Origin: Auanema rhodensis
Lineage: Eukaryota > Animalia > Nematoda
Direction: 5' to 3'
Assembly (NCBI GenBank): GCA_964057225.1
Contig: OZ059896.1
Coordinates: 13,950,001 to 14,014,000, forward strand
Length of the DNA: 64,000 nucleotides
Of the stretch, positions 1 through 12,856 are shown piece after piece. The position numbers and the translations under genes were made by a program. The first letter of the stretch is position 1. Every line of letters begins with the position of its first letter. Below the pieces are notes generated by a model, which made no database searches, was not told the origin of the DNA, and was given only the letters and a program-made list of their open reading frames with translations.

Positions 1-322
1 TACAAGATGAGTGTGATAGTATTCCAGATGTAGCGGTACATAAATAGCTTAATGGATAAACATAAGACTTGAGAAAGAAAGGTTTATTATGTCTACATGA
101 TTACAATAAGTTATAAAGGTCTGCATAAAGATATAAAGTGAAAGAGAGCTAAGAAAGGAAGACCAACCATCCATAGTCATTACATAAGGCAAAGCTGAAG
201 TCTGTGTTCCATATGAAGGGCGTGTCGTCCTCTCTCAGCCTCATGTTGTCTGATTCTAACCCGCCTGCTACGTATTGATTTCCGAATGGAACGCAAGGCG
301 GAGTCTTTTGATCTAAATCGTC

Positions 323-394
323 GGTTCCGTGGTGTAGCGGTTAGCACTCAGGACTTTGAATCCTGCGACCCGAGTTAAAATCTCGGCGGAACCT
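323..394 (+). pseudogene. tRNA-Gln(TTG) copy with C56A (GTTAAAA); also at 2176, 4859, 10723
   Basis: The invariant B-box/T-loop C56 is replaced by A. C56 is known to be critical for TFIIIC binding. Confidence 0.7.
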
Positions 395-629
395 ACTTTT
401 TCATTTTTATCAGTTGGTCAATTTGTTTCTTCTTGAACTTTCTTCTTGAAGAACATAGTCAAGGCGAAGTTTTTTGATCTAAATCGTCGGTTCCGTGGTG
501 TAGCGGTTAGCACTCAGGACTTTGAATCCTGCAACCCGAGTTCAAATCTCGGCGGAACCTACTTTTTCATTTTTATCAGTTGGTCAATTTGTTTCTTCTT
601 GAACTTTCTTCTTGAAGAACATAGTCAAG

Positions 630-966
630 CGTTCCGTTATGCTCTCACGTCGATCCTATAGACCAATAAAGCCTACAAGATGAGTGTGATAGTATTCCAG
701 ATGTAGCGGTACATAAATAGCTTAATGGATAAACATAAGACTTGAGAAAGAAAGGTTTATTATGTCTACATGATTACAATAAGTTATAAAAGTCTGCATA
801 AAGATATAAAGTGAAAGAGAGCTAAGAATGGAAGACCAACCATCCATAGTCATTCCATAAGGCAAAGCTGAAGTCTTTGTTCCATATGAAGGGCGTGTCG
901 TCCTCTCTCAGCCTCATGTTGTCTGATTCTAACCCGCCTGCTACGTATTGATTTCCGAATGGAACG
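630..966 (-). mobile_element. 337-bp solo LTR (third family member) with CAAG target-site duplication, representative copy
   Basis: Ends CGTTCC...GGAACG, flanked by CAAG (626..629 and 967..970), which is single in empty units. It shares colinear blocks with the LTR at 56470 (cgttcc-ttatgctc, agacca, gatagtattcca, tgtagcg, gagcataa, tttattat, tctaaccc). Full copies start at 630, 1303, 1810, 2483, 3156, 4493, 5166, 5839, 7674, 8513, 9518, 10357, 11030, 11589, 49781 and 50783; 1..293 is cut by the window edge. Confidence 0.9.
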
Positions 967-995
967 CAAGGCGGAGTCTTTTGATCTAAATCGTC

Positions 996-1067
996 GGTTC
1001 CGTGGTGTAGCGGTTAGCACTCAGGACTTTGAATCCTGCGACCCGAGTTCAAATCTCGGCGGAACCT
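996..1067 (+). tRNA. tRNA-Gln(TTG), representative intact copy
   Basis: Consensus cloverleaf with anticodon loop CT-TTG-AA. Confidence 0.97.
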
Positions 1068-1069
1068 AC

Positions 1070-1082
1070 TTTTTCATTTTTA
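1070..1082 (+). terminator. RNA polymerase III terminator (T5 plus backup T4-5), present in every unit
   Basis: ACCT-AC-TTTTT-CA-TTTT(T) directly after the discriminator base; representative copy given. Confidence 0.85.
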
Positions 1083-4000
1083 TCAGTTGGTCAACTTGTT
1101 TCTTCTTAAACTATCTACTTGAAGAACATAGTCAAGGCGAAGTTTTTTGATCTAAATCGTCGGTTCCGTGGTGTAGCGGTTAGCACTCAGGACTTTGAAT
1201 CCTGCGACCCGAGTTCAAATCTCGGCGGAACCTACTTTTTCATTTTTATCAGTTGGTCAATTTGTTTCTTCTTGAACTTTCTTCTTGAAGAACATAGTCA
1301 AGCGTTCCGTTATGCTCTCACGTCGATCCTATAGACCAATAAAGCCTACAAGATGAGTGTGATAGTATTCCAGATGTAGCGGTACATAAATAGCTTAATG
1401 GATAAACATAAGACTTGAGAAAGAAAGGTTTATTATGTCTACATGATTACAATAAGTTATAAAGGTCTGCATAAAGATATAAAGTGAAAGAGAGCTAAGA
1501 AAGGAAGACCAACCATCCATAGTCATTCCATAAGGCAAAGCTGAAGTCTGTGTTCCATATGAAGGGCGTGTCGTCCTCTCTCAGCCTCATGTTGTCTGAT
1601 TCTAACCCGCCTGCTACGTATTGATTCCCGAATGGAACGCAAGGCGGAGTCTTTTGATCTAAATCGTCGGTTCCGTGGTGTAGCGGTTAGCACTCAGGAC
1701 TTTGAATCCTGCGACCCGAGTTCAAATCTCGGCGGAACCTACTTTTTCATTTTTATCAGTTGGTCAATTTGTTTCTTCTTGAACTTTCTTCTTGAAGAAC
1801 ATAGTCAAGCGTTCCGTTATGCTCTCACGTCGATCCTATAGACCAATAAAGCCTACAAGATGAGTGTGATAGTATTCCAGATGTAGCGGTACATAAATAG
1901 CTTAATGGATAAACATAAGACTTGAGAAAGAAAGGTTTATTATGTCTACATGATTACAATAAGTTATAAAGGTCTGCATAAAGATATAAAGTGAAAGAGA
2001 GCTAAGAAAGGAAGACCAACCATCCATAGTCATTACATAAGGCAAAGCTGAAGTCTGTGTTCCATATGAAGGGCGTGTCGTCCTCTCTCAGCCTCATGTT
2101 GTCTGATTCTAACCCGCCTGCTACGTATTGATTTCCGAATGGAACGCAAGGCGGAGTCTTTTGATCTAAATCGTCGGTTCCGTGGTGTAGCGGTTAGCAC
2201 TCAGGACTTTGAATCCTGCGACCCGAGTTAAAATCTCGGCGGAACCTACTTTTTCATTTTTATCAGTTGGTCAATTTGTTTCTTCTTGAACTTTCTTCTT
2301 GAAGAACATAGTCAAGGCGAAGTTTTTTGATCTAAATCGTCGGTTCCGTGGTGTAGCGGTTAGCACTCAGGACTTTGAATCCTGCAACCCGAGTTCAAAT
2401 CTCGGCGGAACCTACTTTTTCATTTTTATCAGTTGGTCAATTTGTTTCTTCTTGAACTTTCTTCTTGAAGAACATAGTCAAGCGTTCCGTTATGCTCTCA
2501 CGTCGATCCTATAGACCAATAAAGCCTACAAGATGAGTGTGATAGTATTCCAGATGTAGCGGTACATAAATAGCTTAATGGATAAACATAAGACTTGAGA
2601 AAGAAAGGTTTATTATGTCTACATGATTACAATAAGTTATAAAAGTCTGCATAAAGATATAAAGTGAAAGAGAGCTAAGAATGGAAGACCAACCATCCAT
2701 AGTCATTCCATAAGGCAAAGCTGAAGTCTTTGTTCCATATGAAGGGCGTGTCGTCCTCTCTCAGCCTCATGTTGTCTGATTCTAACCCGCCTGCTACGTA
2801 TTGATTTCCGAATGGAACGCAAGGCGGAGTCTTTTGATCTAAATCGTCGGTTCCGTGGTGTAGCGGTTAGCACTCAGGACTTTGAATCCTGCGACCCGAG
2901 TTCAAATCTCGGCGGAACCTACTTTTTCATTTTTATCAGTTGGTCAACTTGTTTCTTCTTAAACTATCTACTTGAAGAACATAGTCAAGGCGAAGTTTTT
3001 TGATCTAAATCGTCGGTTCCGTGGTGTAGCGGTTAGCACTCAGGACTTTGAATCCTGCGACCCGAGTTCAAATCTCGGCGGAACCTACTTTTTCATTTTT
3101 ATCAGTTGGTCAATTTGTTTCTTCTTGAACTTTCTTCTTGAAGAACATAGTCAAGCGTTCCGTTATGCTCTCACGTCGATCCTATAGACCAATAAAGCCT
3201 ACAAGATGAGTGTGATAGTATTCCAGATGTAGCGGTACATAAATAGCTTAATGGATAAACATAAGACTTGAGAAAGAAAGGTTTATTATGTCTACATGAT
3301 TACAATAAGTTATAAAGGTCTGCATAAAGATATAAAGTGAAAGAGAGCTAAGAAAGGAAGACCAACCATCCATAGTCATTCCATAAGGCAAAGCTGAAGT
3401 CTGTGTTCCATATGAAGGGCGTGTCGTCCTCTCTCAGCCTCATGTTGTCTGATTCTAACCCGCCTGCTACGTATTGATTCCCGAATGGAACGCAAGGCGG
3501 AGTCTTTTGATCTAAATCGTCGGTTCCGTGGTGTAGCGGTTAGCACTCAGGACTTTGAATCCTGCGACCCGAGTTCAAATCTCGGCGGAACCTACTTTTT
3601 CATTTTTATCAGTTGGTCAATTTGTTTCTTCTTAAACTATCTACTTGAAGAACATAGTCAAGGCGGAGTTTTTTGATCTAAATCGTCGGTTCCGTGGTGT
3701 AGCGGTTAGCACTCAGGACTTTGAATCCTGCGACCCGAGTTCAAATCTCGGCGGAACCTACTTTTTCATTTTTATCAGTTGGTCAATTTGTTTCTTCTTG
3801 AACTTTCTTCTTGAAGAACATAGTCAAGGCGGAGTTTTTTGATCTAAATCGTCGGTTCCGTGGTGTAGCGGTTAGCACTCAGGACTTTGAATCCTGCGAC
3901 CCGAGTTCAAATCTCGGCGGAACCTACTTTTTCATTTTTATCAGTTGGTCAATTTGTTTCTTCTTGAACTTTCTTCTTGAAGAACATAGTCAAGGCGGAG

Positions 4001-7000
4001 TTTTTTGATCTAAATCGTCGGTTCCGTGGTGTAGCGGTTAGCACTCAGGACTTTGAATCCTGCGACCCGAGTTCAAATCTCGGCGGAACCTACTTTTTCA
4101 TTTTTATCAGTTGGTCAATTTGTTTCTTCTTGAACTTTCTTCTTGAAGAACATAGTCAAGGCGGAGTTTTTTGATCTAAATCGTCGGTTCCGTGGTGTAG
4201 CGGTTAGCACTCAGGACTTTGAATCCTGCGACCCGAGTTCAAATCTCGGCGGAACCTACTTTTTCATTTTTATCAGTTGGTCAATTTGTTTCTTCTTGAA
4301 CTTTCTTCTTGAAGAACATAGTCAAGGCGGAGTTTTTTGATCTAAATCGTCGGTTCCGTGGTGTAGCGGTTAGCACTCAGGACTTTGAATCCTGCGACCC
4401 GAGTTCAAATCTCGGCGGAACCTACTTTTTCATTTTTATCAGTTGGTCAATTTGTTTCTTCTTGAACTTTCTTCTTGAAGAACATAGTCAAGCGTTCCGT
4501 TATGCTCTCACGTCGATCCTATAGACCAATAAAGCCTACAAGATGAGTGTGATAGTATTCCAGATGTAGCGGTACATAAATAGCTTAATGGATAAACATA
4601 AGACTTGAGAAAGAAAGGTTTATTATGTCTACATGATTACAATAAGTTATAAAGGTCTGCATAAAGATATAAAGTGAAAGAGAGCTAAGAAAGGAAGACC
4701 AACCATCCATAGTCATTACATAAGGCAAAGCTGAAGTCTGTGTTCCATATGAAGGGCGTGTCGTCCTCTCTCAGCCTCATGTTGTCTGATTCTAACCCGC
4801 CTGCTACGTATTGATTTCCGAATGGAACGCAAGGCGGAGTCTTTTGATCTAAATCGTCGGTTCCGTGGTGTAGCGGTTAGCACTCAGGACTTTGAATCCT
4901 GCGACCCGAGTTAAAATCTCGGCGGAACCTACTTTTTCATTTTTATCAGTTGGTCAATTTGTTTCTTCTTGAACTTTCTTCTTGAAGAACATAGTCAAGG
5001 CGAAGTTTTTTGATCTAAATCGTCGGTTCCGTGGTGTAGCGGTTAGCACTCAGGACTTTGAATCCTGCAACCCGAGTTCAAATCTCGGCGGAACCTACTT
5101 TTTCATTTTTATCAGTTGGTCAATTTGTTTCTTCTTGAACTTTCTTCTTGAAGAACATAGTCAAGCGTTCCGTTATGCTCTCACGTCGATCCTATAGACC
5201 AATAAAGCCTACAAGATGAGTGTGATAGTATTCCAGATGTAGCGGTACATAAATAGCTTAATGGATAAACATAAGACTTGAGAAAGAAAGGTTTATTATG
5301 TCTACATGATTACAATAAGTTATAAAAGTCTGCATAAAGATATAAAGTGAAAGAGAGCTAAGAATGGAAGACCAACCATCCATAGTCATTCCATAAGGCA
5401 AAGCTGAAGTCTTTGTTCCATATGAAGGGCGTGTCGTCCTCTCTCAGCCTCATGTTGTCTGATTCTAACCCGCCTGCTACGTATTGATTTCCGAATGGAA
5501 CGCAAGGCGGAGTCTTTTGATCTAAATCGTCGGTTCCGTGGTGTAGCGGTTAGCACTCAGGACTTTGAATCCTGCGACCCGAGTTCAAATCTCGGCGGAA
5601 CCTACTTTTTCATTTTTATCAGTTGGTCAACTTGTTTCTTCTTAAACTATCTACTTGAAGAACATAGTCAAGGCGAAGTTTTTTGATCTAAATCGTCGGT
5701 TCCGTGGTGTAGCGGTTAGCACTCAGGACTTTGAATCCTGCGACCCGAGTTCAAATCTCGGCGGAACCTACTTTTTCATTTTTATCAGTTGGTCAATTTG
5801 TTTCTTCTTGAACTTTCTTCTTGAAGAACATAGTCAAGCGTTCCGTTATGCTCTCACGTCGATCCTATAGACCAATAAAGCCTACAAGATGAGTGTGATA
5901 GTATTCCAGATGTAGCGGTACATAAATAGCTTAATGGATAAACATAAGACTTGAGAAAGAAAGGTTTATTATGTCTACATGATTACAATAAGTTATAAAG
6001 GTCTGCATAAAGATATAAAGTGAAAGAGAGCTAAGAAAGGAAGACCAACCATCCATAGTCATTCCATAAGGCAAAGCTGAAGTCTGTGTTCCATATGAAG
6101 GGCGTGTCGTCCTCTCTCAGCCTCATGTTGTCTGATTCTAACCCGCCTGCTACGTATTGATTCCCGAATGGAACGCAAGGCGGAGTCTTTTGATCTAAAT
6201 CGTCGGTTCCGTGGTGTAGCGGTTAGCACTCAGGACTTTGAATCCTGCGACCCGAGTTCAAATCTCGGCGGAACCTACTTTTTCATTTTTATCAGTTGGT
6301 CAATTTGTTTCTTCTTAAACTATCTACTTGAAGAACATAGTCAAGGCGGAGTTTTTTGATCTAAATCGTCGGTTCCGTGGTGTAGCGGTTAGCACTCAGG
6401 ACTTTGAATCCTGCGACCCGAGTTCAAATCTCGGCGGAACCTACTTTTTCATTTTTATCAGTTGGTCAATTTGTTTCTTCTTGAACTTTCTTCTTGAAGA
6501 ACATAGTCAAGGCGGAGTTTTTTGATCTAAATCGTCGGTTCCGTGGTGTAGCGGTTAGCACTCAGGACTTTGAATCCTGCGACCCGAGTTCAAATCTCGG
6601 CGGAACCTACTTTTTCATTTTTATCAGTTGGTCAATTTGTTTCTTCTTGAACTTTCTTCTTGAAGAACATAGTCAAGGCGGAGTTTTTTGATCTAAATCG
6701 TCGGTTCCGTGGTGTAGCGGTTAGCACTCAGGACTTTGAATCCTGCGACCCGAGTTCAAATCTCGGCGGAACCTACTTTTTCATTTTTATCAGTTGGTCA
6801 ATTTGTTTCTTCTTGAACTTTCTTCTTGAAGAACATAGTCAAGGCGGAGTTTTTTGATCTAAATCGTCGGTTCCGTGGTGTAGCGGTTAGCACTCAGGAC
6901 TTTGAATCCTGCGACCCGAGTTCAAATCTCGGCGGAACCTACTTTTTCATTTTTATCAGTTGGTCAATTTGTTTCTTCTTGAACTTTCTTCTTGAAGAAC

Positions 7001-10000
7001 ATAGTCAAGGCGGAGTTTTTTGATCTAAATCGTCGGTTCCGTGGTGTAGCGGTTAGCACTCAGGACTTTGAATCCTGCGACCCGAGTTCAAATCTCGGCG
7101 GAACCTACTTTTTCATTTTTATCAGTTGGTCAATTTGTTTCTTCTTGAACTTTCTTCTTGAAGAACATAGTCAAGGCGGAGTTTTTTGATCTAAATCGTC
7201 GGTTCCGTGGTGTAGCGGTTAGCACTCAGGACTTTGAATCCTGCGACCCGAGTTCAAATCTCGGCGGAACCTACTTTTTCATTTTTATCAGTTGGTCAAT
7301 TTGTTTCTTCTTGAACTATCTACTTGAAGAACATAGTCAAGGCGGAGTTTTTTGATCTAAATCGTCGGTTCCGTGGTGTAGCGGTTAGCACTCAGGACTT
7401 TGAATCCTGCGACCCGAGTTCAAATCTCGGCGGAACCTACTTTTTCATTTTTATCAGTTGGTCAATTTGTTTCTTCTTGAACTTTCTTCTTGAAGAACAT
7501 AGTCAAGGCGGAGTTTTTTGATCTAAATCGTCGGTTCCGTGGTGTAGCGGTTAGCACTCAGGACTTTGAATCCTGCGACCCGAGTTCAAATCTCGGCGGA
7601 ACCTACTTTTTCATTTTTATCAGTTGGTCAATTTGTTTCTTCTTGAACTTTCTTCTTGAAGAACATAGTCAAGCGTTCCGTTATGCTCTCACGTCGATCC
7701 TATAGACCAATAAAGCCTACAAGATGAGTGTGATAGTATTCCAGATGTAGCGGTACATAAAGAGCTTAATGGATAAACATAAGACTTGAGAAAGAAAGGT
7801 TTATTATGTCTACATGATTACAATAAGTTATAAAGGTCTGCATAAAGATTTAAAGTGAAAGAGAGCTAAGAAAGGAAGACCAACCATCCATAGTCATTCC
7901 ATAAGGCAAAGCTGAAGTCTGTGTTCCATATGAAGGGCGTGTCGTCCTCTCTCAGCCTCATGTTGTCTGATTCTAACCCGCCTGCTACGTATTGATTTCC
8001 GAATGGAACGCAAGACGGAGTCTTTTGATCTAAATCGTCGGTTCCGTGGTGTAGCGGTTAGCACTCAGGACTTTGAATCCTGCGACCCGAGTTCAAATCT
8101 CGGCGGAACCTACTTTTTCATTTTTATCAGTTGGTCAATTTGTTTCTTTTTAAACTATCTACTTGAAGAACATAGTCAAGGCGGAGTTTTTTGATCTAAA
8201 TCGTCGGTTCCGTGGTGTAGCGGTTAGCACTCAGGACTTTGAATCCTGCGACCCGAGTTCAAATCTCGGCGGAACCTACTTTTTCATTTTTATCAGTTGG
8301 TCAATTTGTTTCTTCTTGAACTTTCTTCTTGAAGAACATAGTCAAGGCGGAGTTTTTTGATCTAAATCGTCGGTTCCGTGGTGTAGCGGTTAGCACTCAG
8401 GACTTTGAATCCTGCGACCCGAGTTCAAATCTCGGCGGAACCTACTTTTTCATTTTGATCAACTAGTCAATTTGTTTCTTCTTAAACTATCTTCTTGAAG
8501 AACATAGTCGAGCGTTCCGTTATGCTCTCACCTAGATCCTATAGACCAATAAAGCCTACAAGATGAGTGTGATAGTATTCCAGATGTAGCGGTACATAAA
8601 GAGCATAATGGATAAACATAAGACTTGAGAAAATAAGGTTTATTATGTCTACATGATTACAATAAGTTATAAAGGTCTGCATAAAGATATAAAGTGAAAG
8701 AGAGCTAAGAAAGGAAGACCAACCATCCATAGTCATTCCATAAGGCAAAGCTGAAATCTGTGTTCCATATGAAGGGCGTGTCGTCCTCTCTCAGCCTCAT
8801 GTTGTCTGATTCTAACACGCCTGCTACGTATTGATTTCCGAATGGAACGCAAGGCGGAGTCTTTTGATCTAAATCGTCGGTTCCGTGGTGTAGCGGTTAG
8901 CACTCAGGACTTTGAATCCTGCGACCCGAGTTCAAATCTCGGCGGAACCTACTTTTTCATTTTGATCAACTGGTCAATTTGTTTCTTCTTGAACTATTTT
9001 CTTGAAGAACATAGTCAAGGCGGAGTCTTTTGATCTAAATCGTCGGTTCCGTGGTGTAGCGGTTAGCACTCAGGACTTTGAATCCTGCGACCCGAGTTCA
9101 AATCTCGGCGGAACCTACTTTTTCATTTTGATCAACTGGTCAATTTGTTTCTTCTTGAACTATTTTCTTGAAGAACATAGTCAAGGCGGAGTCTTTTGAT
9201 CTAAATCGTCGGTTCCGTGGTGTAGCGGTTAGCACTCAGGACTTTGAATCCTGCGACCCGAGTTCAAATCTCGGCGGAACCTACTTTTTCATTTTGATCA
9301 ACTAGTCAATTTGTTTCTTCTTAAACTATCTACTTGAAGAACATAGTCAAGGCGGAGTCTTTTGATCTAAATCGTCGGTTCCGTGGTGTAGCGGTTAGCA
9401 CTCAGGACTTTGAATCCTGCGACCCGAGTTCAAATCTCGGCGGAACCTACTTTTTCATTTTGATCAACTAGTCAATTTGTTTCTTCTTGAGCTTTCTTCT
9501 TGAAGAACATAGTCAAGCGTTCCGTTATGCTCTCACGTCGATCCTATAGACCAATAAAGCCTACAAGATGAGTGTGATAGTATTCCAGATGTAGCGGTAC
9601 ATGAAGAGCATAATGGATAAACATAAGACTCGAGAAAGAAAGGTTTATTATGTCTACATGATTACAATAAGTTATAAAAGTCTGCATAAAGATATAAAGT
9701 GAAAGAGAGCTAAGAAAGGAAGACCAACCATACATAGTCATTCCATAAGGCAAAGCTGAAGTCTGTGTTCCATATGAAGGGCGTGTCGTCCTCTCTCAGC
9801 CTCATGTTGTCTGATTCTAACCCGCCTGCTACGTATTGATTTCCGAATGGAACGCAAGGCGGAGTCTTCTGATCTAAATCGTCGGTTCCGTGGTGTAGCG
9901 GTTAGCAGTCAGGACTTTGAATCCTGCGACCCGAGTTCAAATCTCGGCGGAACCTACTTTTTCATTTTGATCAACTAGTCAATTTGTTTCTTCTTAAACT

Positions 10001-12120
10001 ATCTACTTGAAGAACATAGTCAAGGCGGAGTCTTTTGATCTAAATCGTCGGTTCCGTGGTGTAGCGGTTAGCACTCAGGACTTTGAATCCTGCGACCCGA
10101 GTTCAAATCTCGGCGGAACCTACTTTTTCATTTTTATCAGTTGGTCAATTTGTTTCTTCTTGAACTTTCTTCTTGAAGAACATAGTCAAGGCGGAGTCTT
10201 CTGATCTAAATCGTCGGTTCCGTGGTGTAGCGGTTAGCACTCAGGACTTTGAATCCTGCGACCCGAGTTCAAATCTCGGCGGAACCTACTTTTTCATTTT
10301 TATCAGTTGGTCAATTTGTTTCTTCTTGAACTTTCTTCTTGAAGAACATAGTCAAGCGTTCCGTTATGCTCTCACGTCGATCCTATAGACCAATAAAGCC
10401 TACAAGATGAGTGTGATAGTATTCCAGATGTAGCGGTACATAAAGAGCATAATGGATAAACATAAGACTTGAGAAAGAAAGGTTTATTATGTCTACATGA
10501 TTACAATAAGTTATAAAGGTCTGCATAAAGATATAAAGTGAAAGAGAGCTAAGAAAGGAAGACCAACCATCCATAGTCATTCCATAAGGCAAAGCTGAAG
10601 TCTGTGTTCCATATGAAGGGCGTGTCGTCCTCTCTCAGCCTCATGTTGTCTGATTCTAACCCGCCTGCTACGTATTGATTCCCGAATGGAACGCAAGGCG
10701 GAGTCTTTTGATCTAAATCGTCGGTTCCGTGGTGTAGCGGTTAGCACTCAGGACTTTGAATCCTGCGACCCGAGTTAAAATCTCGGCGGAACCTACTTTT
10801 TCATTTTTATCAGTTGGTCAATTTGTTTCTTCTTGAACTTTCTTCTTGAAGAACATAGTCAAGGCGAAGTTTTTTGATCTAAATCGTCGGTTCCGTGGTG
10901 TAGCGGTTAGCACTCAGGACTTTGAATCCTGCAACCCGAGTTCAAATCTCGGCGGAACCTACTTTTTCATTTTTATCAGTTGGTCAATTTGTTTCTTCTT
11001 GAACTTTCTTCTTGAAGAACATAGTCAAGCGTTCCGTTATGCTCTCACGTCGATCCTATAGACCAATAAAGCCTACAAGATGAGTGTGATAGTATTCCAG
11101 ATGTAGCGGTACATAAATAGCTTAATGGATAAACATAAGACTTGAGAAAGAAAGGTTTATTATGTCTACATGATTACAATAAGTTATAAAGGTCTGCATA
11201 AAGATATAAAGTGAAAGAGAGCTAAGAAAGGAAGACCAACCATCCATAGTCATTCCATAAGGCAAAGCTGAAGTCTGTGTTCCATATGAAGGGCGTGTCG
11301 TCCTCTCTCAGCCTCATGTTGTCTGATTCTAACCCGCCTGCTACGTATTGATTCCCGAATGGAACGCAAGGCGGAGTCTTTTGATCTAAATCGTCGGTTC
11401 CGTGGTGTAGCGGTTAGCAAAGGCGGAGTCTTTTGATCTAAATCGTCGGTTCCGTGGTGTAGCGGTTAGCACTCAGGACTTTGAATCCTGCGACCCGAGT
11501 TCAAATCTCGGCGGAACCTACTTTTTCATTTTGATCAACTAGTCAATTTGTTTCTTCTTGAACTTTCTTCTTGAAGAACATAAACAAGCGTTCCGTTATG
11601 CTCGCACGTCGATCCTATAGACCAATAAAGCCTACAAGATGAGTGTGATAGTATTCCAGATGTAGCGGTACATAAATAGCTTAATGGATAAACATAAGAC
11701 TTGAGAAAGAAAGGTTTATTATGTCTACATGATTACAATAAGTTATAAAGGTCTGCATAAAGATATAAAGTGAAAGAGAGCTAAGAAAGGAAGACAAACC
11801 ATCCATAGTCATTCCATAAGGCAAAGCTGAAGTCTGTGTTCCATATGAAGGGCGTGTCGTCCTCTCTCAGCCTCATGTTGTCTGATTCTAACCCGCCTGC
11901 TACGTATTGATTTCCAAATGGAACGCAAGGCGGAGTCTTTTGATCTAAATAGTCGGTTCCGTGGTGTAGCGGTTAGCACTCAGGACTTTGAATCCTGCGA
12001 CCCGAGTTCAAATCTCGGCGGAACCTACTTTTTCATTTTGATCAACTGGTCAATTTGTTTCTTCTTGAACTATTTTCTTGAAGAACATAGTCAAGGCGGA
12101 GTCTTTTGATCTAAGTCGTC

Positions 12121-12192
12121 GGTTCCGTGGTGTAGCGGTTAGCACTCAGGACTCTGAATCCTGCGACCCGAGTTCAAATCTCGGCGGAACCT
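12121..12192 (+). tRNA. tRNA-Gln(CTG), first CTG copy in the window
   Basis: Identical body with anticodon loop CT-CTG-AA. Confidence 0.96.
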
Positions 12193-12784
12193 ACTTTTTC
12201 ATTTTGATCAACTAGTCAATTTGTTTCTTCTTAAACTATCTACTTGAAGAACATAGTCAAGGCGGAGTCTTTTGATCTAAATCGTCGGTTCCGTGGTGTA
12301 GCGGTTAGCACTCAGGACTCTGAATCCTGCGACCCGAGTTCAAATCTCGGCGGAACCTACTTTTTCATTTTGATCAACTAGTCAATTTGTTTCTTCTTAA
12401 ACTATCTACTTGAAGAACATAGTCAAGGCGGAGTCTTTTGATCTAAGTCGTCGGTTCCGTGGTGTAGCGGTTAGCACTCAGGACTTTGAATCCTGCGACC
12501 CGAGTTCAAATCTCGGCGGAACCTACTTTTTCATTTTGATCAACTAGTCAATTTGTTTCTTCTTAAACTATCTACTTGAAGAACATAGTCAAGGCGGAGT
12601 CTTTTGATCTAAGTCGTCGGTTCCGTGGTGTAGCGGTTAGCACTCAGGACTTTGAATCCTGCGACCCGAGTTCAAATCTCGGCGGAACCTACTTTTTCAT
12701 TTTGATCAACTGGTCAATTTGTTTCTTCTTGAACTATTTTCTTGAAGAACATAGTCAAGGCGGAGTCTTTTGATCTAAGTCATC

Positions 12785-12856
12785 GGTTTCGTGGTGTGGC
12801 GGTTAGCACTCACGACTCTGAATCCTGCGACCCGAGTTCAAATCTCGGCGGAACCT
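12785..12856 (+). pseudogene. Degenerate tRNA-Gln(CTG) copy; twin at 13449
   Basis: Three changes: GGTTTCG acceptor, A14G, and CACGA breaking the anticodon stem. Confidence 0.75.

Noticed and set aside
630-966. MITE/DNA transposon or SINE interpretation of the 337-bp insert
   Set aside because: Colinear similarity, shared termini, a poly(A) signal and the conserved U5 hairpin tie it to the LTRs of elements 1 and 2.
8539-8748. 69-aa minus-strand ORFs in solo LTR copies (also 9544, 10383, 49807, 50809)
   Set aside because: They lie within an LTR, are open in only some copies, use non-ATG starts and have no counterpart in the sister LTRs.
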